A stretch of 64,000 bases of DNA from the human T2T-CHM13v2.0 reference genome, Homo sapiens: assembly GCF_009914755.1 (NCBI RefSeq), contig NC_060944.1; one strand, given 5' to 3'. Below the pieces are notes generated by a model. The model was given only the letters and a program-made list of their open reading frames with translations. It did no database searches and was not told the origin of the DNA. Position numbers and translations under genes: made by a program. Below, one piece after another: positions 1 through 17,458 of the stretch; the first letter of the stretch is position 1, and each line of letters opens with the position of its first letter.

Positions 1-278
1 GAAACATCCCTTTGCAGATTGTCCAAAAAGACTGTTTCCAAACTGCTCAATCAAAAGAAAGATTCAAGTCTTTGAGATGCATACACCCATCACAAAGAAG
101 TTTCCCAGAAAACATGAGTCTAATTTTAATGTGAAGATATTTCCTTTTTCACCATAAGCCTCAAAGTGTTCACAAATATCACTTTGCAGTTTCTACAAAA
201 AGACTGTTTCCAAACTACCCAATCAAAAGAAAGGTTCAACTCTGTGAGATGAATGCACACATCACAAAGAAGTTTCAC

Positions 279-280
<2 letters not shown>
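1..280 (-). repeat. Alpha satellite (ALR/Alpha), monomeric, partial monomers
   Basis: Alphoid motifs CATCACAAAGAAGTTTC, GTGAAGATATTTCCTTTTTCACCATA and CAAAAGAAAGGTTCAACTCTGTGAG recur at ~171-bp spacing; the + strand is the reverse complement of the usual alpha consensus. Confidence 0.97.
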
Positions 281-1351
<1,071 letters not shown>

Positions 1352-1353
<2 letters not shown>

Positions 1354-1860
1354 GTGTTGCTATAAAGACACATTCACACGTATGTTTATTGCGGCACTAT
1401 TCACAATAGCAAATACTTGGAACCAACCCAAATGTCCAACAATGATAGACTGGATTAAGAAAATGTGGCACATATACACTATGGAATACTATGGAGCCAT
1501 AAAAAATGATGAGTTCATGTCCTTTGTAGGGACATGGATGAAATTGGAAATCATCATTCTCAGTAAACTATCGCAAGGACAAAAACCAAACACCACATGT
1601 TCTCACACATAGGTGAGATTTGAACAATGAGAACACATGAACACAGGAAGGGAAACATCACACTCTGGGGACTGATGTGGGGTGGGGGGAAGGGGGAGGG
1701 ATAGCATTAGGAGATCTACCTAATGCTAAATGATGAGTTAATGGGTGCAGGACACCAGCGTGGCACATGTATACATATGTAACTAACCTGCACATTGTGC
1801 ACATGTACCCTAAAACTTAAAGTATAATAGTAATAAAATAAAATAAAATAAAATAAAAAG
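1352..1860 (+). mobile_element. LINE-1 3' end (ORF2 C-terminus, 3'UTR, (AATAA)n tail), sense segment of the inverted insertion
   Basis: Translates to [46 protein letters not shown]. 3'UTR has the G-tract, ATAGCATTAGGAGAT..CCTAATGCTAAATGATGAGTTAATGGGTGCAG and CCCTAAAACTTAAAGTATAAT, followed by an A-rich tail at 1830-1860. Confidence 0.96.
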
Positions 1861-4800
1861 AAAGTGCACATCACAAAGAAGTTTCTCAGAAAGTTTCTTT
1901 CTAGTTTTTATGTGAAGATATTTCCTTTTTCACCATAGTCCACAAAGTGCACCAAATATCTTTCGCAGATTGTACAAAAATTTTTCCAAACTACTCAATC
2001 AAAAGAAAGGTTCAACTCTGAGATGAAAGCACAAATCACAAAGAAGTTACTCAGAATGCTTCTGTCTTGTTTTTAAGTGAAGGTATTTCCTGTTACACCA
2101 TAGGCCTCAAAGGGCTCACAAATATCCTTTTGCAGATTGTGCAAAGAGACTGTTACAGAACTGCTCAACGAAAAGTAAGTTTCAACTCTGTGAGATGAAT
2201 TCACACCTAAAAAAGAAGTTTCTCAGAATGCTTCTGTCTAGTTTTTATGTGAAGATATTTCTTTGTCACCATAGGCCTCAAACCGCCCAGAAATATCCTT
2301 ATGCAGATGTTACAAAAAGACTGTTTCCAAACTGCTCAATGAAAAGAAAGATTCTTCTCTGTGAGGTGAAAGCACACATCACAAAGAATTTTCTCAGAAA
2401 GTTTTTGTCTAGCTTATATGTGAAGATATTTCCTCTTTCAGCATAGGCCTCAATGGGCTAAAAAGTATCTCTTTTCAGATACTACAAAAGGCCTCTTTCC
2501 AAACTTCTCAATCAACAGAAAGTTTCAACTCTGTGAGATGAAAGCACATATCACAAATAAGTTTCTCAGAATGTTTTTCTAGTTTTTATGTGAAGATGTT
2601 TCCTATTTCACCATAGGCCATAAAGGTCTCACAAATATCCCTTTGCAGACTCTACAAAAAGACTATTTCCAAACAGCTCAGTCAAAACAAAGGTTCAACT
2701 CTGTGAGATGAATGGACACATCACAAACAAGTTTCTCAGAAGGCTTCCGTCTACTTTTTATGTGAAGATATGTCTTTTTCACCATAGGCCTCAAACGGCT
2801 AAGGAATATCCCTTTGCCATTGTACAAAAAGACTGTTTCTAAATTGCTCAAGGAAAAGACAGGTTCAACTCTGTGAGATGAATGCGCACATCATAAAGAA
2901 GTTTCTCAGAATGCTTCTGTCTAGTTTTTATGTGAAGATATTTCCTTTTTCACCATAGACCTTAAACGGCTTGAGAACTGTTCAATCAAAGGAAATCTTC
3001 ATCTTTGTGAGATGAAACCACACGTCACAAAGAAGTTCCTCATAATGCTTCTGTCTTGTTTTTATGTGAAGATATTTCATATTTTACCATACGCCTCAAA
3101 GAGCTCACAAATATCCCTTTGTAGACTCTACACAAAGACTGTTTTCGAAGTTCTCCATGCAAAGAAAGGTTCAACTCTGTGAGACGAATGCACACATAAA
3201 AAAGAAGTTTCTCAGAATGCTTCTTTCTAGTTTTTATGTGAAGATATTTCTTTTTCACCATAGGCATCAAACTGCTCAGAAATATCCCTTTGTAGATTGT
3301 ACAAAAAAACTCTTTCCAAACTGCTCAATCAAAAGAAAGGTTCAAACCTGTGAGATGAAAGCACATATCACAAAGAAGCTTCTCAGAATGCTTCTGTCTA
3401 GTTCTTATGTGAAGATATTACTTTTTCCACCATAGGATTCAAAACGCTCCAAATGTCCACTTCCAGATCCTACAAAAAGAGATTTTAAAAGTTGCTCTAT
3501 CAGAAGATAGGTTCAACTCTCTGCGTTCAATGCACACATCACAAAGAAGTTTCTCAGAATGCTTCTGTCTAGTTTTTATGTGAAGATATTTCCTTTTCAC
3601 CATAGGACTCAAACCCCTCAGAAATATCCCTTTGCAGATTGTAGATAAAGACTGTTTCCTAACTGCTCAATCAAAAGAACTGTTCAACTCTGTGAGATGA
3701 AAACACACTTCACAAAGAAGTTTCTCAGAAATCTTGTCTAGTTTTTATGTGAAGATATTTCTCTTCTAATGATAGGCCTCAAAGCAATCCAAATATCGAT
3801 TTGCAGATTCTACAAAAGACTGTTTCCAAACTGCTAAATCAGAAGAAATTTTCAACTCTGTAAGATGAAACACACATCACAAAGAAGTTCTTCAGGAAGT
3901 CTCTCACTAGATTTTATGTGAAGATATTTAGTTTTTCACCACAAGCCTCAAAACACTCCAAATATCCATTTGCAGATACTGCAAAAAGAGTTTTTCCAAA
4001 CGGCTCAATCAAAAGAAAGGTTCAACTCTGTGAGATGAATGCAAACATCACAAGGACGTTTCTCAGAATGCTTCTGTATAGTTTTTCTGTGAAGATATTT
4101 CCCATTTCACCATGGGCCTCAGTGGGCTCACATATACCCTTTTGCAAATTCTACAAAAAGACTGTTTCCGAATTTCTCAATGAAAAGAAAGATTCAACTC
4201 TGGGAGATGAATGCACACATGAATAAGAAGTTTCTCAGAATGCCTCTGTCCAGTTTTTGTGTTAAGATATTTGTTTTTCACCGTAGACCTCAAACTGCTC
4301 AGAAATATCCCTTTGCAGATTATACAAAAAGATGGTTTCCAAACTGCTCAATGAAAACAAAGGTTCAACACTGTGACATGAATACTCACATCACAGAGAA
4401 GTTTTTCAGAAAGCTTCTGTTTAGTTTTTAGGTGAAAATATTTCCTTTTTCACCGTAGGCCTCAAAGCACTCCAAATATCCTTTTGCAAACCCTACAAAA
4501 AGAGAGTTTCCAGACTGTTCAATTAAAAGAAAGACTCAAATCTGTGAGAAGAAAGTACACATCATGAAGAAGTTTCTCATAATGCTTCTGTCTATTTTTT
4601 TTGTGAAGATATTTCCTATATCACCATGGGCCTCAAAGGTCTCACAAATATCCCTTTGCAGACTCTAAAAAAAGACAGTTTTTGAACTGCTAAATGAAAA
4701 GAAAGGTTCAACTCTGTGAGACAAATGCACACATAATAAATTAGTTTATCATAATGCTTCTGTCTAGTTTTTATGTGAAGATATTTCTTTTTCACCATAG

Positions 4801-7800
4801 GCATCAAACCGTTCAGAAATATCCCCTTGTAGATTGTACAAAAAGACTGTTTCCAAACTGCTCAATCAAAAGAAATGTTCAAACCAGTGAGATGAATGCG
4901 CACGTAACAGAAAAGTTTCTCAGAATTCTTCTGTCTTGTTTTTATGTGAAGATATTACCTTTCTCAACATAGGTCTCAAAGCAATCCAAACATCCATTTG
5001 CAGATTCTACAAAAAGACTGTTTCCAAACTGATCAATCAAAACAAATTTTTACCTCTCTGAGATGAAAGCACACATAACAAAAAAGTTACTCAGACAGCT
5101 TCTGTCTAGTTTGTATGTGAAGATATTTCCTATTTCACCTGAGACCATAAAGGGCTCACAAATATCCCTTTGAAGGTTCTACAAAAAGACTGTTTCCAAA
5201 CTGCTCAATCAAAAGAAAGGTTCAACTCTGTGAGGTGAATGGACACATCACAAAAAATTTCTTGTAATGATTCTGTCTAGTTTTTATGTGAAGATATTTC
5301 TCTTTCACCATAGGCCTCAAATGGATCAGAATTATCCCTTTGCGGATTGTACAATAAGCCTCTTTCCAACCTGCTCAATCAAAAGAAAGGTTCAACTCTG
5401 TGAGGTGAATGCACACATCACAAGGAAGTTTCTCAGAAAGCTTCTGTTTAGTTTTTATGTGAAGATATTTCGTTTTTCACCATGGGCCTCAAAAGCTCTC
5501 CAAATATCCATTTGCAGATTCTAGAAAAAGAGTGTTTCCAAACTCCTCAATCAAAAGAAAGTTTCAATTCTGTGAGATGAAAGCACACATCACAAAGAAG
5601 TTTCTTAGAAAGCTTTTGTCTAGTTTTTATGTGAAGATATTTCACATTGCACCATAGTACTCAATGGGTTCAGAAATATCCCTTTGCAGATTTTACAAAA
5701 TGACTGTTTCAAAACTGCTCAATCCAAAAAAAGTTTCAACTATGTGAGATGAATGCACACATCACAAAGAAGTTCCTCAGAATGCTTCTGTCTAGTTTAT
5801 ATGTGAAGAAAATTCCTATTTCACCATAGGCAATAAAGGGCTCACAAATATTTTTTTCAGATTCTACAAAAATACTGTATCCAAATTGCTCAATAAAAAG
5901 AAAGTTTTAACGCTGTTAGATTAATGGACACATCAAAAAGTAGTTTCTCAGAAAACTTCTGTTTGGTTTTTATGTGAAGATATTCCCTTAGTCACCATTG
6001 GCCTCAAAGCACTCCTAATATCCATTTACAGATTTCACAAAAAGAGTGTTTCCAAACTCCTCAATCAAAAGAAAGTTTTAACTCTGTGAGATGAAAGCAT
6101 ACATCTCAAAGAAGTTTCTCAGAAAGCTTTGGTCTAGTTTTCATGTGAAGATATTTCCAGTTTCACCATAGGCCTCAAAGGGCTAAGAAATATCCCTTTC
6201 CAGATTCTAAAAGACGACCATTTCCATACTGCTCAATCAAAAGAAAAGTTAAATTCTGTGAGGTGAATGCACACATCAGAATGAAGTTTCTTGGAACTCT
6301 CCTGTCTAGTTTTTATGTGAAGATATTTACTATTTCACTATAGGCTTCAAATGTCTCAAAAATATCCCTTTGCAGATTCTACAAAAATATGGTTTCCAAA
6401 GTGCTGAATTAAAAGAAACCTTCAACTCTGTCAGATGAATGGAGACATCACAAAGAAGCTCCTCAGAATGCTTCTGTCTAGTTTCAATGTGAAGATATTT
6501 CTTTTCCACCATAGACCTCAAATGGCTCAGAAATATACCTTTGCAGATTGCAAAAAAAGACTGTCTCTAAACTGCTCAAATAAAATAAAGTCTCAACACT
6601 GTGAGATGAATGCGCACATCACAAAGAAGTTTCTCAGAAAGCTTCTGTCTAGTTTTTATGTGAAGATATTTCCTTTTCCACCATAGGCCTTAAACCGCTC
6701 ACAAATATCCTTCTGCAGATACTATAAAAAGACTGTTTCCAAACTGCTCCATCAAAAGAAAAGTTCACCTCTCTGAGGTGAATGCACACATCAGAAAGAA
6801 GTTTCTCAGAATTCTTCTGTCTAGTTTTTATGTGAAGATATTTCCATTTTCAACTTAGGCCACAAAGTGCTCCAAATATCCATTTGCAGATTATATGAAA
6901 AGACTGTTTCCAAACTGCTCAATCAAAAGAAATTTTCAACTCTGTGAGATGAAAGCACACATCACAAAAAAGTTTCTCAGAAATCTTCTGTCTAGTTTTT
7001 ATCTCAAGATAATTCCTATTTTGCCATAGGAATCAAGGGGCTCACAAATATCCCTTTGCAGATTCTACAAAAGTTCTGTTTACAAACTTCTCAATCAAAA
7101 GAAACTTTCAACATTGTGAGACGAATGCACACATCACAAAGAAGTTTCTAGGAATTCTTCTGTCTAGTTTTTATGTGAAGATATTTCCTTTTTCACCATA
7201 GGCCACAAATTGCTCCAAATATACATTTGCAGATTCTACAAAAAGATGGTTTCCAAAATGGTCAATCAAAAGAAAGGCTCAACTCTGTGAGACGAAAGCA
7301 CACATCACAAAGAAGTTTCTCAGAAAGCTTCTGTCTACATTTTATGCGAAGGTATTTCCTTTTGCACCATAGGCCTTAAACCGCTCACAAATATAACTCC
7401 ACTTATACTACCAAGAGACTTTCTCCAAATTGCTAAACCAAAAGAAAGATTCAACTCTGTGAGATGAATACACACATCACAAAGAAGTTTCTCATAATGC
7501 TTCTGTCTAGTTTTCATGTGAAAATATTTATTTTTCATCATTGGCCCCAAACCGCTCAGAAATATCCCTTTGCAGTTTGTAGAAAAAGACTGTTTCCAAA
7601 CTGCTCAATGAAAAGAAATGGTCAACTATTAGAGATGAATGGAAATTTCCCAAAGAGTTTTCTCAAAAAGCTACTGTGTTGTTTTTATGTGAAGATATTT
7701 CCTTTTTCACTCTAGGCCTTAAAACTCTCTAAATATACATTCACAGATTCTACAAAAAGATTGATTCCAAACTGCTCAATCAAAAGAAAGGTTCAATTCT

Positions 7801-10800
7801 GTGAGACAAACGTGCACATCACAAAGAAATTTGTCAGAAAGCTTCTGTCTACTTTTTATGTGAAGATATTTCACATTTCAACGAAGGCCATAAATGGCTC
7901 ACAAATATCCCTTTGCAGATTCTAAGAAAAGACATTTTCCAAACTCCTCAATCAAAAGAAAGGTTTAACTCTGTGAGATGAATGGACACATCACAAAGAA
8001 GTTTCTCAGAAAGCTTCTGTCTAGTTTTTATGTGAAGATATTTCTTTTTCACCATAGGCCTCAAACAGCTAAGAAATTTCCCTCTGCAGCTTCTACAAAA
8101 GACTGTTTCCAAACTGCTCAACGGAAAGAAAGGTTGAATTATGTGACATGAATTCACACATCACAAAGAAGTTTTTCAGAAATCTTCTGTCTAGTTTTTA
8201 TGTGAAGATACTCCCTTTTTCACCACGGGCCTCAAATATCTCCAAATATCCATTTGCAGATTCTACTAAAAGACTTTCCAAACTGCTCAATCAAAAGAAA
8301 TGTTCAACACTGTGAGATGAAGGCACACATCACAAAGAAGTTTCTCAGAAATCTTCTGTCTCGTTTTTATGTGAAGATATTTCGTATTTCACCACAGGCC
8401 ATAAAGGGCTCACAAATATCCCTTTGCAGATTCTACAAAACGACTGTTTCCAAACTGCTCAATCAAAAGAAAGGTTCAACTCTGTGACGTGAATGGACAC
8501 ATCACAAAGAAGTTTCTCAGAATGCTTCTGTCTAGTTTTTATGTGCAGATATTTCATTTTCACCATAGGCCTCAATTGGCTCAGAAATATCCCTTTGCAG
8601 ATTGTACAAAAAGACTGTTTCCAAGCTGCTCAGTCAAAAGAATGATTCAACTCTGTGAAATGAAAGCATGCATCACAAAGAGGTTTCTCAAAATGCTTCT
8701 GTCTAGTTTTTATGTGAATATATTTCCTTTTTAAACATAGGTCTCAAAGCTCTCCAAATATCCATTTGTAGATTCTTCCAAAGACTGTTTCCAAAGTGAT
8801 CAATCAACAGAAGGGTTCAACTCTGTAGGATGAAAGCACACATCACAAACAAGTTTCTCAGAAAGCTCTGTCTAGTATTTATGTGAAGATATTTCCTATT
8901 TCACCATAGGCCTCCATGGGATCAAAAATATCCCTTTGCAGATTCTACAAAAAGACTGTTTCTGAACTGCTCAATGAAAAGAAAGTTTCAACTCTGTGAG
9001 GTGAATGCACAGATAAAAAAGAAATTTCTCAGAATGCTTATGTCTAGTTTTTATGTGAAGTTATTTCTTTTTCACCATAGGCCTCAAACCACTCAGAAAT
9101 GTTCCTTTTCAGTTTGCACAAAAAGAACGTTTCCAAACTCCTCAATGAACAGAAAGGTTCAACTCTTTGAGATGAATGCAAATATCACAAAGAGTTATCT
9201 CAAAAAGCTTCTGCCTGGTTTTCATGTGAAGATATTTAGTTTTTCACAATAGGCCTCAAACAGCTCACAAATATACCTTTGCAGATTATACAAAATGACT
9301 TGTTCCCAAACTGCTCAATGAAAAGAAAGTTTGAATCTGTGAGATGAAAGCACGCATCATGAAGAAGTTTCTCAGAAAGTTTCTATCTAGTTATTGTGTG
9401 CAGATACTTCCTTTTTCTCCTTATGCCTCAAAGTGCTCCAAATATGTGTCTACAGGTTCTACAAAAAGAGTGTTTCAAACTGCTCAATCAAAGGAAAGTT
9501 TCAACTCTGTGAAATGAAAGCACACAACACAAGGAAGTTTCTCAGAATGCTTCTGTCTAGTTATTATGTGAAAATATTCCCTATTTCACTATAGTACTCA
9601 AAGGACTCAGAAATATCCCTTTGCAGACTCTACAAAATGACTGTATCCAAACTGCTCCATCAAAAAAAGGGTTCAACTCTGTGAGATGAAAGCACGCATC
9701 ACAAAGAAGTTTCTCAGAAAGCTTCTGTCTAGTTTTTATGTGAAGATATTTCCTATTTCACCATAGGCCTCAAAGGACTCAGAAATATCCCTTTGCAGAT
9801 TCTATGAAAAGACTGTTTCTGAACTACTCAATGAAATGAAAGCTTCAACTCTGTGGGTTGAATGCACACATCACAAAGAAGTTTCCCAGAATGCTTCTGT
9901 CTAATTTTTATATGAAGATATTTCTTTTTCACCACAGGCCTCAAACCACTCAGAAATATCCTTTTACAGATTGTGCAAAAAGACTGTTTCCAAACTGCTC
10001 AATGAAAAAGGAAGATTCGACTCTGTGAAATGAATGCAAACATCACAAAGAGGTTTCTCAAAAAGCTTCTGTCTGGTTTTTATGTGAAGGTATTTCCTTT
10101 TTCACCATAGGCCACAAACCGCTAACAAATATCCCTTTGCAGATACTCCAAAAAGACTGCTTGCAAACTGTTCAATGAAAAGAAAGGTTAAACTTTGTCA
10201 CACATCACAAAGAAGTTTCTCAGAATGCTTTTGTCTTGTTTTATGTGAAGAAGTTTCGTTTTTCACCATAGGCCTCAAAGTGCTCCAAATATCCATTTGC
10301 AGATTCTATGAAAAGACTTTTTCCAAATTGCTCAATCAAAAGAACGGTTCAACTCTGTGTGATGAATGCACACATCACAAAGAAGTTTCTCAGAAAACTT
10401 CTGTTTAGTTTTTATGTGAAGATATTTCTTTTTTCATCATGGGCCTCAAAGCGCTCCAAATATCCACCTGCAGAATCTACAAAAAGAGTGTTTTCAAACT
10501 GCTTAATCACAAGAAAGTTTCAATTCTGTGAGACTAAAGCACACTTCACAAAGGAGTTTCTTAGAAACCTTCTATCTAGTTTTTATGTGAAGATATTTCA
10601 TATTTCAATAGGTCTCAATGGGCTCAGAAGTATACTCTTGCAGATGCTACAAAAAGAGTGTTTCCAAAAAGCTCAATCAAAAGAAAGGTTTAACACTGTA
10701 AGATGAATGCACACATTACAAAGAAGTCTCTCAGAATGCTTCTGTACACTTTTTTTGAGAAGCCATTTCCTTTTTCACCATAGGCCTCAGTCCACTCACT

Positions 10801-11605
10801 AATAGCCCACTGCAGATACTAAAAAAGACTCTTTCCAAACTGCTCAATCAAAATAAAGGTTCAGATCTGTGAGATGAAAGCCCACGTCACAAAGAAGTTT
10901 CTCAGAAAGTATCTTTCTAGTTTTTATGTGAAGATATTTCCTACTTCACCTTAGGCCTCAAAGAGATAAAAAATATCCCTTTTCAGATTCTACAAAAAAC
11001 TGTTTCCAAACTGCCTCATCAAAAGAAAGGTTCAACTCTGTGAGATCAATGCACACATTAAAAAATTAGTTTCTCAGAATGCTTCTGTCTAGTTTTTATG
11101 TGAAGATATTACTTTTTCACCATAGGTCTCAAACCGCAAACAAATATTTCTTTGCAGATTGCACAAAAAGTATGATTCCACACTACTCAATGAATAGAAA
11201 GTTTCAACTCAGTGAGATGAATGCAAACATCACAAAGAGTTTTCTCAAAATGCTTCTGTCTAGGTTTTAGGTGAAGATATTTACTTTTTCACTATAGGCT
11301 TCAAACCACCCACAAATATCCCTTTGCAGATTCTACAAAATGACTTGTTTCCAAACTGCTCAATGAAAACAAGGTCCAACTCTGTGAGATGAAAGCACAC
11401 ATCACAAAGAAGTTTCTCAGAAAGTTTCCATCAAGTTTTAATTTGCAGATATTTTCTTTTTCACCATAGGCCTCAAAGCACTCCAAATATCCGTTTGCAA
11501 GTTCTACAAAAAGAGTGTTTCCAAACTGCCCAATCAAAAGAGAGGTTCAACTCTGTGAGGTGAAAGCACACAGCACAAAGAAGATTTACCGAAAGCTTCT
11601 GTCTA
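1861..11605 (-). repeat. Monomeric/divergent alpha satellite array (~57 monomers)
   Basis: Continuous ~171-bp alphoid monomers with substantial pairwise divergence. The box position reads TTCCTTTTTCACCATAGG (pJalpha/A-type) rather than TCCCGTTTCCAACGAA (CENP-B box). Confidence 0.97.
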
Positions 11606-11839
11606 TTTATTTATTTATTTATTTATTTATTTATTATTATACTTTAAGTTTTAGGGTACATGTGCACATTGTGCAGGTTATTTACATACGTATACATGTG
11701 CCATGCTGGTGTGCGGCACCCACTAACTCGTCCTCTAGCATTAGGTATATCTCCAAATGCTATACCACCCCCTCCCCCTACCCCACAACAGTCCCCAGAG
11801 TGTGATGTTCCCCTTCCTGTGTCCATGTGTTCTCATTGT

Positions 11840-15478
<3,639 letters not shown>

Positions 15479-15541
15479 TATGATGTTAGCTGGTTATTTT
15501 GCTCGTTAGTTGATGCAGTTTCTTCCTAGTCTCAATGGTCT

Positions 15542-16556
15542 TTACATTTTGGCTTGATTTTGCAGTGGCTGGTACTGGTTGTTCCTTTCCATGTTTAGCG
15601 CTTCCTTCAGGAGCTCTTTTAGGGCAGGCCTGGTGTGACAAAATCTCTCAGCATTTGCTTCTCTGTAAAGTATTTTATTTCTCCTTCACTTATGAAGCTT
15701 AGTTTGGCTGGATATGAAATTCTGGATTGAAAATTCTTTTCTTTAAGAATGTTGTATATTGGCCCCCACTCTCTTCTGGCTTGTAGGGTTTCTGCTGAGA
15801 GATCTGCTGTTAGTCTGATGGGCTTCCCTTTCAGTGTAACCCGACCTTTCTCTCTGGCTGCCCTTAACATTTTTTCCTTCATTTCAACTTTGGTGAATCT
15901 GACAATTATGTGTCTTGGAGTTGCTATTCTCGAGGAGTATCTTTTCGGTGTTCTCTGTATTTCCTGAATCTGAACGTTGGCCTGCCTTGCTAGATTGGGG
16001 AAATTCTCCTGGATAATATCCTGTAGAGTGTTTTCCAACTTGGTTCCATTCTCCCCATCACTTTCAGGTACACCAATCAGACGTAGATTTGGTCTTTTCA
16101 CATAGTCCCATATTTCTTGTAGGCTTTGCTCATTTCTTTTTATTCTTTTTCCTCTAAACTCTCCTTCTCACTTCATTTCATTCATTTCATCTTCCATCGC
16201 TGATATCCTTTCTTCCAGTTGATTGCATCGGCTCCTGAGGCTTCTGCATTCTTCACTTAGATCTTGAGCCTTGGTTTTCAGCTCCATCAGCTCCTTTAAG
16301 CACTTCTCTGTATTGGTTATTCCAGTTATACATTCTTCTAAATTTTTTCAAAGTTTTCATCTTCTTTGCCTTTGGTTTGAATGTCCTCCCATAGCTCAGA
16401 TTAATTTGATCATCTGAAGCCTTCTTCTCTCAGCTCGTCAAAGTCATTCTCCGACCAGCTTTGTTCCGTTGGTGGTGAGGAGCTGCCTTCCTTTGGAGGA
16501 GGAGAGGCGCTCTGATTTCTAGAGTTTCCATTTTTTCTGTTCTGTTTTTTCCCCAT
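15542..16556 (-). pseudogene. L1 ORF1 (RNA-binding chaperone), disrupted
   Basis: ATGGGGAAAAAACAG start at 16556; GCCAAAATGTAA stop at 15542. ORF 15619-16101 gives RPNLRLIGVPE...ARREWGPI...YPAKLSF, then frameshifts after DFVT (1-bp deletion near 15635). Confidence 0.93.
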
Positions 16557-17453
16557 CTTTGTGGTTTTATCTACTTTTGGTCTTTGATGATGGTGATGTA
16601 CAGTTGGGTTTTTGGTGTGGATGTCCTTTCTGTTTGTTAGTTTTCCTTCTAACAGACAGGACCCTCAGCTGCAGGTCTGTTGGAGTACCCTGCAGTGTGA
16701 GGTGTCAGTGTGCCCCTGCTGGACGGTGCCTCCCAGTTAGGCTGTTCAGGGGTCAGGGTGCAGGGACCCATTTGAGGAGGCAGTCTGCCAGTTCTCAGAT
16801 CTCCACCTGTGTACTGGGAGAACCACGGCTCTGTTCAAAGCTGTCAGACAGAGACATTTAAGTCTGCAGAGGTTACTGCTGTCTTTTTGTTTGTCTGTGC
16901 CCTGCCCCAAAGGTGGAGCCTACAGAGGCAGGCAGGCCTCCTTGAGCTGTGGTGGGCTCCACCCAGTTCCAGCTTCCTGGCTGCTTTGTTTACCTAAGCA
17001 AGCATGGGCAATGGTGCACGCCCCTCCACCAGCATCGCTGCCTCCTTGCAGTTTGATCTCAGACTGCTATGCTAGCAATCAGTGAGACTCCGTGTGGTAG
17101 GACCCTCCGAGCCAGGTGTGGGATATAATCTAGTGGTGCACCGTTTTTTAGCCCATCGGAAAAGCGCAGTATTTGGGTGGGTGTGACCCGATTTTCCAGG
17201 TGCCATCCGTCACCCCTTTCTTTGATTAGGAAAGGGAACTCCCTGACCCCTTGTGCTTCTCGAGTGAGGCAATGCCTCACCCTGCTTGTGCTCGTGCACG
17301 GTGCACGCACCCACTGACCTGCGCCCACTGTCTGGCACTCCCTAGTGAGATGAACCCGGTACCTCAGATGGAAATGCAGAAATCATCTGTCTTCTGTGTC
17401 ACTCAGGCTGGGAGCTGTAGACCGGAGCTGTTCCTGTTCGGCCATCTTGGCTC
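16557..17453 (-). promoter_or_regulatory. L1 5'UTR internal Pol II promoter / antisense promoter region, with YY1 site
   Basis: Recognisable L1PA 5'UTR sequence. YY1 motif CAAGATGGCCG on the minus strand at 17439-17449. Many CpGs have decayed to TG/CA. Confidence 0.88.
17011..17225 (+). pseudogene. L1 ORF0 (primate antisense ORF), premature stop
   Basis: ATG at 17011 gives MVHAPPPASLPPCSLISDCYASNQ*, matching the ORF0 N-terminus (MAGAPPPASLPPCSLISDCCASNQR...). The Arg codon CGA is TGA at 17083-17085. Confidence 0.8.
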
Positions 17454-17458
17454 TTGTT

